From assembly GCA_937625935.1 (NCBI GenBank), contig OW569365.1, forward strand, positions 62,001 to 126,000: a DNA stretch of 64,000 nucleotides, in the 5' to 3' direction. This document shows positions 10,231 through 19,923 of the stretch, piece after piece. The notes under the pieces are model-generated. The model had not been told where the DNA came from. It searched no databases and was given only the letters and a program-made list of their open reading frames with translations. The translations under genes were made by a program, and so were the position numbers. Within the stretch, counting starts at the first letter, position 1. Every line of letters starts with the position of its first letter. This DNA is from Tetramitus jugosus (Eukaryota; Protista; Heterolobosea).

Positions 10231-11847
10231 TCACAAAGAAGTTATCGGAATATGATCTCTCACTGCATCAATAATTAACACGACAGTGGAGGCACATCCC
10301 ATGACAATCGAGCATATCATGACGAGAACGGCTATAACTTTCTGGAGGATGCTCTCTGTGACCATCAAGTACATGAAAGCTGGGAAAGTATAGACAACTA
10401 GAGTACCAGCTGTAGCTCCCGCGATACCAAATGCTGTTTGTAGATCTGGTACGATAGCTGCCATACCAAACACCAATCCACAAATGATACATGCTTCTGT
10501 TATCCACCTAAACGTTGTTATAGGTCTATTTGGGAAGAACAGGTTCTCCAATGCCTCACGACAAGCAAAATGAAGTAAGGGGAATGAGAAAATGACAACA
10601 AGGACAATTGCAAACTTTGCAACAATGTTCAGCGGGTCATTTGCTGGATAATTGTTCAAAATGTTGTCCACTGTTTCACTCCTAAACCGAGAGTAGCCAA
10701 ACACTCCAATCATCAGATAAAAGCTGAAGCATGCAGCCATACATACCACTGTTAACACTTTCATCAACTTAAAACTACCGAGCTTCTTTGGCAGACCTGG
10801 AACACGCAAAACACGATTCTTCATTGTCGAGTACATGGGAAGCAGTGTAATGTGACTGGCCATAGAGAAGCAAATGATTGGAAACGCAATAAACAGCGAA
10901 TCTATTGACCCGATCATGTGGACCTTTCCTTCACCAAACTCTTTCTTTGCTGACGATATAATGGACCTCACAACGACCACACCAATCACCAATAGAGCAC
11001 AGATGATGGAGTAGAATGAAGTATAGCTGAGGAATTTGATCTTTCTCAGACAACACAGTGGAAATATGATAAAGACCATTGGTATGCCCATCACAAGAGA
11101 CCGATTCGAGAAAATCACAGTGGTTTGACTCTCAAAACCACCTGGTGACTTCCTGAGCAACCAATCCTTCATTTGAAGCTCCAAAAATTGACCAATGAGA
11201 AAGCAGTAACCCACTAGACCACTCAAACAAAAGAAAAACAAGACAGCTTCCATAATGTGTCCCATAAAACGGAATGGAATAGTAGCTTTGGCCAATTCCT
11301 TGTACGAAAACTTTTGAACCTTATCTGCGCAATCCATGAGAATAAACAGTGTGTAGCACGACAGAATAGAGACAATTAGGAGCATGATGGGACCACCAAC
11401 CATTCCTGCTTCATGAAAAGCAAAAGGAAGAGACAATATTCCTGCACCGACCGTCGTATTCATCAAATTAAAGCAAACACTGAGAGAAGTGGACAATTTT
11501 GTCCAAAAACTCATCTTTTCTTCATCAATCGTGGTTGCAGTGTCATCCAACATGGCTTCAGTCGCTTCATCATCAACAACATTTCCATTTCTCTCACTCT
11601 TCAATTGTTGTTGACGATCGTCATTGTCCACCATGTATGAGGAGTAGTCTGTGCCATCTTCTTCGGTTGCTGTCATGTCATCAAATCGTTGATACATGTT
11701 GTTCTTTGATCGGTTACCAATCGAATAATAATATTGTTTTGTTGTTGTTGTTGTTGTTTCAGATGTTTTGTTATTGTTGTTGTAGTTATTTTTGTTTCCA
11801 TTTTCGTTCGCCAACAGAGAAGTCGAGCTACTGTGTTCTGGTTGCAT
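10231..11847 (-). CDS. Amino-acid transporter, AAAP/SLC38 family
   Basis: FNLMNTTVGAGILSLPFAF signature, about 11 hydrophobic helices, hydrophilic N-terminus. Confidence 0.9.
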   Translation of the reverse strand: MQPEHSSSTSLLANENGNKNNYNNNNKTSETTTTTTKQYYYSIGNRSKNNMYQRFDDMTATEEDGTDYSSYMVDNDDRQQQLKSERNGNVVDDEATEAMLDDTATTIDEEKMSFWTKLSTSLSVCFNLMNTTVGAGILSLPFAFHEAGMVGGPIMLLIVSILSCYTLFILMDCADKVQKFSYKELAKATIPFRFMGHIMEAVLFFFCLSGLVGYCFLIGQFLELQMKDWLLRKSPGGFESQTTVIFSNRSLVMGIPMVFIIFPLCCLRKIKFLSYTSFYSIICALLVIGVVVVRSIISSAKKEFGEGKVHMIGSIDSLFIAFPIICFSMASHITLLPMYSTMKNRVLRVPGLPKKLGSFKLMKVLTVVCMAACFSFYLMIGVFGYSRFRSETVDNILNNYPANDPLNIVAKFAIVLVVIFSFPLLHFACREALENLFFPNRPITTFRWITEACIICGLVFGMAAIVPDLQTAFGIAGATAGTLVVYTFPAFMYLMVTESILQKVIAVLVMICSIVMGCASTVVLIIDAVRDHIPITSL

Positions 11848-12043
11848 GACTTGAGAGGTTGAATATATAGATACAGTAAGTTAACCAATTCTCTGTGTGA
11901 ACCAGATTGTTTTCAGTGACTTTGTTTCTCTGGAATGTGTGAATAGAGATAATCCTTTGTTTTATCCCAATGCGAGAATTTCCCTTCACACTTTCTGTTT
12001 GGGATAACTCCGCAGTCGTTCAAGTGAGTGCTGGAAGAAACAA

Positions 12044-12053
12044 TTTGGCGCCA
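12044..12053 (+). promoter_or_regulatory. E2F-like site TTTGGCGCCA
   Basis: Matches the TTTSSCGC consensus, about 50 nt upstream of the RNase H2C start. Confidence 0.4.
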
Positions 12054-12103
12054 TTTCAGAAACAAAAAAATCAAACAATTTCGTTGCCATACTTTTTTAA
12101 ATC

Positions 12104-12799
12104 ATGGATATCACAAAGGTCACAATCGAAGAGAACACTGTTTCTAGTGTTAGGAACCATCAAGGCACTGAAGTTTGCAGTGTTCACCACCTGCCATGTA
12201 CGATCAATTGGAATGAGTCGGCAGAAATTGAATCATACTTTTACGAAACGGTCCAACCACCTCTTTTGCATCGTCACCGCCATCGTTGCCCAAAAGAAAA
12301 GTCCGAAAAGATCCTTCCAAAAACAAATACGGAGAGTGGGTCAACGACGCAAGAGCATGCATCAGCTATGGAGATTGATGACGAGACCAATGGAACCAAT
12401 GCGGTTGACTTTTCAAGTCAGACAGCGGACAACAAATGGTACACATCTTCTATTAGAGGTAGACCGCTCAAGGGGCGCCAATTAACACTTCCAATAGACT
12501 GCAAAGGAGTAATAATAGGGGAATCAGTGGATTGTGACGGTTGGCAGAGCTTGGAGACATTTGACAGTGTGATGAATTGGGTTCTGGATACGAATCCAGA
12601 GGATCAAGTGGATGGTGTTCCTGGAGCATTATCATGGTTGGAATTGGGCAAGAAGGTATGTGATTTGACGCTGCATTTTGTCCTTGTGTAGTCAAAGAGT
12701 ATTGCGATTGGGGATACCTGATTGAGCTAACACTCGCATCAAATCTTGCAGGTACACAACAACATTTATAACATTGACGATTTTCCTGAGAAGAACTAA
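12104..12799 (+). CDS. RNASEH2C: Ribonuclease H2 subunit C
   Basis: Exons 12104-12655 and 12752-12799 (GTATGT donor, GCTAAC branch site). VHHLPCTI...YF, SIRGRPLKG, F....NW..D and ALSWLELGKKVH motifs. Confidence 0.85.
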
Positions 12800-12958
12800 T
12801 TAGTACTGTCGGCTGTGCGTGGCGATGGAACGATCCGATGACTTTTTTGTATCTCGATTCCGTAATTGTTCTTGGACCGTTTATGAACAATTAGCAAGAG
12901 TGATTGTTGGGGGCGAACAGGCACAACATCAGGGTATACTCTTTCGCTGTCTCTTTTT

Positions 12959-14014
12959 ATGTCAAAATCTCTTTCTAAATTAGATTCATTAAATAGTCTC
13001 TCAAACCTCCTCATTCTGAAGCAAGCTGAACAACTAAAAACGAGCCCAACCGCACAACCGCCAGACAACACACACAAGAAGCAAATGAACACTGCTGAAT
13101 ACCTCGAAAGCGAGATATATCCAGACTTTACCCATCGTTTATTAAGACAAGAGCTCCCAGCCGCTCAAGGAGAAATGCCTCTCACTCTTTTCCAACCTAC
13201 TCCACATTTATCCACCCCAAATTGTAATACTATCAATTTTTGTGACTTGACCTGCCAACTGCCACAACATGACGTTTCCCAACCACAGACTCCTCCTCCT
13301 CCCAAGCAGAGGAAATACAAGCACAAGAAAAGCAAACGATTCTACTCCTGGAGGAGAACCAGAGCTCGATTGACGGTTGATTCGGAGCTTCAACAAGGAG
13401 GTTCCCTTTTCGTTCATCACCATTATGAATGTTCGTTCGAAATGGAACAATCAACCATGTGCGACAGCTTTGCCAACGACTCTGAAATGATGAGAGACTC
13501 TAGTGATGCAGAGATTGAGGAGAGTCAGGATACCAAGGACTACTCTCCTAGTAATATCAATTTACCAACAAAACGCTCCTCCCACATTCACTGTCCAACT
13601 CCAAAGAGACTCAGGTTTGAAGTGACCATGACATGCGACGACGACGATGATGACCAAAGGTTCTGTGCAGGTGTAAGCACCAGTAGTGGTAGTAGCCGTG
13701 GCCGTGGTGGTCCATTCCTTGAAGTTGTGATTCAACAAGGCAATTCTTCATTTGTTGACACGACTACATTTTATAGTTCAAGTGCCACTGCAACTACTCC
13801 AGCAGTTGCGATGGCTACAGCAAAGGAAGAACCGAGCTTCTCTGATGATGATGATCAACCATTGTTGGAAGAGGCCACGTGTTCAATGCAAGATACTCCT
13901 GAAGATGTGGATGATTCCAATAACGAAATGTGGAAAAGGTCGTGCCTCGTTTACGGTATGAATCATTCTATGCCTTATTCTTTGTCTGAGTTTGTCAGGT
14001 TGGAATATAAGTGA
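12959..14014 (+). CDS. Hypothetical low-complexity protein with a basic NLS-like patch
   Basis: 351-aa ORF; KQRKYKHKKSKR patch; acidic, Ser-rich C-terminal half. Confidence 0.6.
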   Translation: MSKSLSKLDSLNSLSNLLILKQAEQLKTSPTAQPPDNTHKKQMNTAEYLESEIYPDFTHRLLRQELPAAQGEMPLTLFQPTPHLSTPNCNTINFCDLTCQLPQHDVSQPQTPPPPKQRKYKHKKSKRFYSWRRTRARLTVDSELQQGGSLFVHHHYECSFEMEQSTMCDSFANDSEMMRDSSDAEIEESQDTKDYSPSNINLPTKRSSHIHCPTPKRLRFEVTMTCDDDDDDQRFCAGVSTSSGSSRGRGGPFLEVVIQQGNSSFVDTTTFYSSSATATTPAVAMATAKEEPSFSDDDDQPLLEEATCSMQDTPEDVDDSNNEMWKRSCLVYGMNHSMPYSLSEFVRLEYK

Positions 14015-14304
14015 AGAACAAGTGTTCGTTTGTTGTTGACTCTCAATAAAGAAAGACCCCCGAACAAATTTGATACCTACCACCGTAGAGCGAATGGAGG
14101 AGAAATATTCATTCCTGTTGTTCCTCCACCCGTTGTATCTTTTAGATTTTTGTATTCACTTCCTATTTGAGATATGCGCATGTGCGCACGTGTTCTTTTC
14201 TAAAAATGCACCGACTTCAAGTTCACACCGAACCCAAAAAAATATTCTTTTCACCACGTAATCTTGACAACAAGAAAACACAAAACAATAAACAACAAGA
14301 ACAA

Positions 14305-15975
14305 ATGACAGAGCAGCACGACAGCACGACGACATCTGAAAGTCTTTTTCCAGTGATTACACACATTGATCAATTCCGACGCGTACTCAATCATTTTCGA
14401 ACCGTGTTCAAACAGCAGAAAAAACCGTTTCCCTACGTTGAGAAATGTTTGTTGCCGCACAAGAGATATTCCATCTTTAACTACACATTCATGACAGTTG
14501 ATACCTTTCCCGAAATCATTCCCCATGTGACCACTGCGGAGGAAGCGGAATTTATCAAAATTGTCCGCGAGATGCGCGGTGTTTGTTTTGACTTGGTGAC
14601 CGGTGTTTGCGTGAGCCGTGGACTCCAAAAATTTTTCAATGTCGATGAGCGCGAGTCGACAAAGCGCGAAAAAATTGATTTGAACAAGGGTCATGTGGTG
14701 CTTGAAAAGGCGGATGGCACGATGGTGTGCGCAATGTTTGCCTATTTGGATGATGAGGAGCCGACAAAGGGACTTAAACATATTCGATTTCGTTCAAAGA
14801 TGGGATGGGATACGGATGTGAGCAAGGATCATGTCGAGCCGTTTATCTACGGTTCAAAAATGGGTCAAAAACAGTGTTATCCAGTGTATTATCAGAGTGA
14901 TTTGCACAGGGTGGACACGATTCAAGTGCACAGTGAGGGCAGTTTGGATGATGCGATCGATTGCTCTCGCTCCAATTATCTGCAATTCTGTTTCAAGTGG
15001 CTCAAGAGAAACTATTCACCGATATTTGAGTTTGTTGGTCCTAGCAATTGTATCGTGTTGGCATACAGTGAGCCAAAGCTCATTCTTTTGGCGTTGAGGC
15101 ACAATGTGGATGGACACTATATACCGTATGAAGAAATGAGAATGGATGCTCAGCAGCACGGTGTGGCAGTTGCGGAGGCCTACAGGGTCGAGCCACTAGA
15201 GGTTGATACTGAACAGAAGAGTGATGTGAGTGATGGAGACGACGGTAATGCTGTGAATGAAGAGAAGCTTCAGTCGAGAATGGACAAGCTCATGACTCGT
15301 ATCAAGAGTATGGAGGGATTGGAAGGATTTGTGTTGCGGTTCGACGATGGAACAATGCACAAGATTAAGAGCAATTGGTATCATGAGTTGCATAGAACCA
15401 AGTGCTCTCAGAGAGCAAAGGTGGGCATGAACAGGACAGAGTGCGATATTTGGAGGGCGATTTTGTCCAATGAGCTCGACGATATCATTGCTGAGGTGAA
15501 ATTTCAGGAGACTAAAGACGATTTGAACCATTTGAACGATCGGGTTATAAAGTGTGTTGCTGCTGTGACTGAGCACTTTGTTCGAGTAGTGGATGAGTCT
15601 CGTGTACAATATCCTGACCGGAAGGATTACTTTAGAGTTTTCTTGCCACAATATCAGTCGGTGGTTGTTACGAAGCGAGCCACGGACGGCATAGAGAAGA
15701 GCTTAATTAAAGCACTTTATGAACTCAGGGAAGAGTGTGCAGTGAAGGACTGTGAGGAAGAGCAGGCTGATACATCGTTTGTGCTGCGTGAGGAAGAAAT
15801 GAAGGCTGTCATTGATGTAATCAAGCAAAAGTTAACTGGAAAGAATATTCCTGTTGGTGTTCGAACTCTACTGGAGAAGATTGGTGGTGAGAAACTCATG
15901 TACGCAGAGACTGCTTATTTAAGTCAACAACAAAAAATGCAGCGGAAGACCCATGGAATCGAAGTTGCGAATTGA
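14305..15975 (+). CDS. T4 RNA ligase 1 (Rnl1/RnlA)-like ATP-dependent RNA ligase
   Basis: EMRGVCF, KFFN, motif I EKADGT (Lys codon 14707), FRSK, motif III FEFVGPSNCIVLAY, motif IV LEGFV, motif V KIKSNWY, then a helical C-terminal domain. Intronless; likely ATG 14305. Confidence 0.88.
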   Translation: MTEQHDSTTTSESLFPVITHIDQFRRVLNHFRTVFKQQKKPFPYVEKCLLPHKRYSIFNYTFMTVDTFPEIIPHVTTAEEAEFIKIVREMRGVCFDLVTGVCVSRGLQKFFNVDERESTKREKIDLNKGHVVLEKADGTMVCAMFAYLDDEEPTKGLKHIRFRSKMGWDTDVSKDHVEPFIYGSKMGQKQCYPVYYQSDLHRVDTIQVHSEGSLDDAIDCSRSNYLQFCFKWLKRNYSPIFEFVGPSNCIVLAYSEPKLILLALRHNVDGHYIPYEEMRMDAQQHGVAVAEAYRVEPLEVDTEQKSDVSDGDDGNAVNEEKLQSRMDKLMTRIKSMEGLEGFVLRFDDGTMHKIKSNWYHELHRTKCSQRAKVGMNRTECDIWRAILSNELDDIIAEVKFQETKDDLNHLNDRVIKCVAAVTEHFVRVVDESRVQYPDRKDYFRVFLPQYQSVVVTKRATDGIEKSLIKALYELREECAVKDCEEEQADTSFVLREEEMKAVIDVIKQKLTGKNIPVGVRTLLEKIGGEKLMYAETAYLSQQQKMQRKTHGIEVAN

Positions 15976-16934
15976 GACGCAGAATATCTTGCACAAACCA
16001 ACAAGTAAAGCTTAGTCTCAGTTCTATCAATTTCACAACTTTCGGATTCAATCGACCGTCATTGTTAACGAAAACTTGTCAATGGTAGCTGGCTCATTGA
16101 TGAAGGATGGGTTCACACATCCAAAATTTTAAGGAGTTTGAATTGTTCCAGTGCATTCTTCTTCAATACTTTCTTTTTAAAACTCTCATGTCCGCGTCGT
16201 TGAAAACCATTCGCAGCCTGCTTCTTTGTGCTAATCAACCCTTCCTGTGTTGATTATAGAAGTTCAATTGATTCGATCCTTTTCTCAGGATGCATACACT
16301 GCCTTTTAAGTGCCCTGGGACGAATAGGTTGACAAATCCTGTGTATTGGCCCAATGCAAGAGATAAGGTTTTTGTTTTTTATGTTGTTATTGTTTTGGCA
16401 AGGTTTTTGAGTCGACGAAACAATACCAACAATACGTAGTGCACGGCTGTGCGGATGACAATTGATATTTGATCTCTTTATCAGATATGACTGTTGTGGA
16501 AACTTCTAAGCTGAAGCATAGCTCGGTTCAGACAGTGATCGCAAGTATGATCACAAGAGACCAACACTCTATTCAATTCAAAAAGAGCACTGCCAAGATT
16601 TGGTAAATGACGATCCAATCAATGATCCTGTGCACTGGTATTCAACATGCATGTTCTTTGTAGCTTGTTTGACTTCCTGTTTCGGGACAAAGGCTGAATG
16701 TTGGCCCACTCGCAAAGTTAGTAAAGCTCTGTCAAGGTATGTTCATCTGCATCTTCTCTACGAAGCTTGTCATTGCAATAGAGCGAAGTAGGAGTTTTCT
16801 TTACAATTTGAGAAGAGATGTAACGACAACGAGATATCCCTCCTCGGTAAACCGAATTCTTATCGTAAATGTCTGTTAGCGAAGAAAGCTTATTCTCACT
16901 TTCAAAAGAACAATTCAACCATCGATAATTAAAT

Positions 16935-17828
16935 ATGAACAACACGTGCAACTCAAACATGGATATCGAGACTATCCATGAGAAATGTTTCAAAGGAGGA
17001 TGTCAGTACCAGGTCATCAAAAAAGTATCGGAAGATTCCTTTGCCCGTCGCTCCCAGCTAGAAAAAATGCTGAACGAAAGTGTACATCACCTCTCTGAGG
17101 TACTCTTGGAAAGTGAAAAGCAAAGAACCCACCTAGATGAAAATCAACGCTCTATGGAAGAGAAGCTCCAAAGATCTATGGAGGAGACTCAAGAACTGAA
17201 GAAAATTGCTTCGACCTTGGTAGAAGGGAACCAAGTCTTGACAAAGGAGAACCGAGTCTTGAGAGAGGATAACCGAGTCTTGACAAAGAAGACCCAAGTT
17301 TTGATAGAGGCTAACCGAGTCTTGACAAAGGAGACTCAAGAACTGAAGAAAGTTGTTTCTACCTTGGTAGAAGAGAACCAAGTCTTGACAAAGAAGACCC
17401 AAGTTTTGATAGAGGATAACCGAGTCTTGAGAGAGGAGAACCAAGTTATGAAAGGTAAACTCCAACTGGTACAAGAGGATTTAGCTCAAGTCCGCCTTGA
17501 ATTGAAGAGTATGAAATGGGCAACTAGTTTGGAGAAGCTCGTGCTTTTTGTCTATGAAGTATTTGCACATGGAAAGGGTAACAAAACAAGAAATGAAATT
17601 GCCCATCTTGACCAAGCCAAGGGACGTTACTTCATGATGAGTGAAGAGAAAAGGCTTAAATTCCTCAAGAAAGTTAGGGAGTTCTTGGAAACAGAAGTAA
17701 TGCCAAAGGTCGTCGCTGAAGTCTTGCTCGTGGACGACTTGTTTAATATTGACATCGATGTTCTCAAGAACTATATTGACACTGCCATTGATGAGATGTC
17801 CGAGAAGAAGGAAGAGAGTGAAGAATAA
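16935..17828 (+). CDS. Hypothetical coiled-coil protein with heptad tandem repeats
   Basis: 297-aa ORF with a central array of 7-aa units (ENRVLRE, DNRVLTK, KTQVLIE, ETQELKK). Confidence 0.7.
   Translation: MNNTCNSNMDIETIHEKCFKGGCQYQVIKKVSEDSFARRSQLEKMLNESVHHLSEVLLESEKQRTHLDENQRSMEEKLQRSMEETQELKKIASTLVEGNQVLTKENRVLREDNRVLTKKTQVLIEANRVLTKETQELKKVVSTLVEENQVLTKKTQVLIEDNRVLREENQVMKGKLQLVQEDLAQVRLELKSMKWATSLEKLVLFVYEVFAHGKGNKTRNEIAHLDQAKGRYFMMSEEKRLKFLKKVREFLETEVMPKVVAEVLLVDDLFNIDIDVLKNYIDTAIDEMSEKKEESEE
17184..17450 (+). repeat. 21-bp-unit coding minisatellite with a 147-bp higher-order duplication
   Basis: aaccgagtcttga/aaccaagtcttga recur with 21-bp period; gagactcaagaactgaagaaa occurs at 17184 and 17331 (147 bp apart). 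Confidence 0.85.
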
Positions 17829-18208
17829 ACATGTGATTGATCATTCACGGACCCCAACACAATTTAAAGTGTTTAACGCCTCAGAGGGCTTGATGACTTG
17901 AGCACCAACCCTTTGATTTCTGTCTCTGTTGTTACTGCAATTAGTGGTTGCGCACTGATTGTAGTGGCGACGAAAGCCAGCATTGCCATTCCAATCATCA
18001 CATCTCTTCCAGTGGCTCGAGCCCGAAGGTCGTCCATGACATTCCGCATTGTTTGCTTTCTTCTTCTTGCCACGCTCCTCTTGTTTTTTCTTCTTGTTGT
18101 CCTAATGAATCCCACAAGCTTGTGTCTAACTATATAACAGATGCTTGGATGCCATCCGTTCTGATGGAATCGATTCGAAAAGTTTTTGTGTGCCCCAAAA
18201 TGATTTAA

Positions 18209-19138
18209 TTAAAATTTAGGGCCAAACAACATCCACATCTTGATCAACACTGCAGCTTGGTAACCCAAGATGAACACTTGGAAGACGAGCAATGCACCAG
18301 CAAATAGCATCCGTGTCGAGAATAAAACAATATTGACCATGCAAAAGAAGAGAGCGAACAGTATTAAAATGGTGGCTCCAGCTATGGATCTTGAGTGAAA
18401 CATGACATCAGGCCACAAGTAGACACAACCGAGCATCATCCAATAACAAAAGTAAAGCTTCCAAGTCTTGGATAAACCTCCCGTCAAATAAACAAACCAA
18501 GCAGCCAGAGCACTCCCCATATGTGCCACAGCACTCATCAATATCAAAAACCACCAGGGTAGAAGAAACGGAGGCATTGGCCCACCGAGCATCTGTATTC
18601 GCTGAAACCAAATGCGACGGTTAACTATCACAGACAGAAAACCACTTAGGAAATTGATGACAACAAAAAAGAGAAGCACAATGAACAACCAGAGAGAGCT
18701 CGGTGGGTTCTTGAGCCACGGGTTCTCCTCGTTCAACAACTCAAAGTAATTTTTGGCCGGTTGACTCTCCCATGGCCTCAAAATTTGATACTTCCAATAG
18801 GCTTTGCGCTGAGCAGCAGGCGGCAACCGTTTCAACTTTTGAAACTTCAACAATTGTTCCTCCAGGTATTCATCATAGGCTTCATGATACTTGCTTCTCT
18901 CCTCTTCTTCAAAGTTCATAACCTTGTTGTCATCACCATCATTATCACTGTTGGAGTTTTCCTTTGCTTTTTTACCTTTCCTTGATTGTGTCCTGTTGTT
19001 CGAGTTGGAAGATGAGGAACCAGAAGCGTCTGACGAGGAAGAATGATGAGAGGAAGAAGATGAATGACGGGTGCTCTGAGAGCTAACAGCATCGCTCATG
19101 ATCGTAGACACAGAAGAGGATGTCAAGCTGCGCGCCAT
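18209..19138 (-). CDS. Divergent TspO/MBR-like membrane protein
   Basis: About five hydrophobic helices. WFQRI...PP...WWF...MG.ALAAWFVY, LWPDVMF and the C-terminal IKMW spacing resemble TSPO; long S/E-rich N-terminus. Confidence 0.6.
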   Translation of the reverse strand: MARSLTSSSVSTIMSDAVSSQSTRHSSSSSHHSSSSDASGSSSSNSNNRTQSRKGKKAKENSNSDNDGDDNKVMNFEEEERSKYHEAYDEYLEEQLLKFQKLKRLPPAAQRKAYWKYQILRPWESQPAKNYFELLNEENPWLKNPPSSLWLFIVLLFFVVINFLSGFLSVIVNRRIWFQRIQMLGGPMPPFLLPWWFLILMSAVAHMGSALAAWFVYLTGGLSKTWKLYFCYWMMLGCVYLWPDVMFHSRSIAGATILILFALFFCMVNIVLFSTRMLFAGALLVFQVFILGYQAAVLIKMWMLFGPKF

Positions 19139-19207
19139 TTTTCATTCTGCTTTCAAAAAAAAAACCGTAGTCAACACAGTTCATCGTCATTCTTGATCTT
19201 TGAGCTC

Positions 19208-19615
19208 TCAGAGCGCGTTGGAAAATTGATCAAGCACGGACTCGTATTGATAATTGGATGCCATGTCAAAATCTCTAGAGTGAATCTTGAGCAATGGCGG
19301 CTGAACAACTGAAGCTGTGCTATCCTCCATATGTTTTCCCACTTGTACAGTCGCACTTGTTGTTGTTGTGCGTTGAGGAGGAGGAGGAAAAGAGAGAGCT
19401 TTTAAAGCTCTGCTACGGTCATCACTGTTTATCCGTTGTTGTTGTTGTTGAGCCAGAGTTGTTGCATCTGGTGTTGCTTCAAAAGCGACAATAAGGTTGT
19501 GATTATGGTTTTGTTGACGGTCATCACTAGCACAAGCAGCTGTTTGCGTAGTAGCTACTGAAAATAAAGAGTTTTGAGCAAGTGTGTGATGATTGAGACG
19601 AGTGTTGTTGTGCAT
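19208..19615 (-). CDS. Short low-complexity hypothetical ORF
   Basis: ATG 19615 follows an A-rich leader like other genes here; 135 aa, Q/T/P-rich; no homology recognised. Confidence 0.35.
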   Translation of the reverse strand: MHNNTRLNHHTLAQNSLFSVATTQTAACASDDRQQNHNHNLIVAFEATPDATTLAQQQQQRINSDDRSRALKALSFPPPPQRTTTTSATVQVGKHMEDSTASVVQPPLLKIHSRDFDMASNYQYESVLDQFSNAL

Positions 19616-19923
19616 TTTTTTTTGAGTTGGAATCGGAGAACTCCAGCAAAGAACCACGTCAGTCATGAGGCCTCAAACGATAAAAACTCGTTTCCTGTGC
19701 ATTGTACTCTATTCATTGAAAACCTTCAAACCACATAAGCGGATTCAAGATATCCAGTCAGTGCCTGAACCAACATGACCTGGGCGAATTCCAAGTCGGG
19801 ATCCATAATCCCGACAAAAATCTGAATGCCCGACTTTTTGTCAAAAAACTCCACACAAAACGAACAACACCGCTCAGTCTTTTATATTATCACCATCATC
19901 ATCATCATCGTTCGAACATTGCA

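Noticed and set aside
12104-15975. RNase H2C and RNA ligase as a functional nucleic-acid repair cluster
   Set aside because: Separated by an unrelated gene; eukaryotic adjacency alone is not evidence of shared function.
17184-17450. Tandem repeats as a CRISPR array
   Set aside because: No unique spacers, in-frame coding heptads, eukaryotic context, no cas genes.
17873-18115. Small minus-strand ORF with a hydrophobic segment
   Set aside because: GTG start, only about 58 codons from the first ATG, no homology; cannot be supported without expression data.
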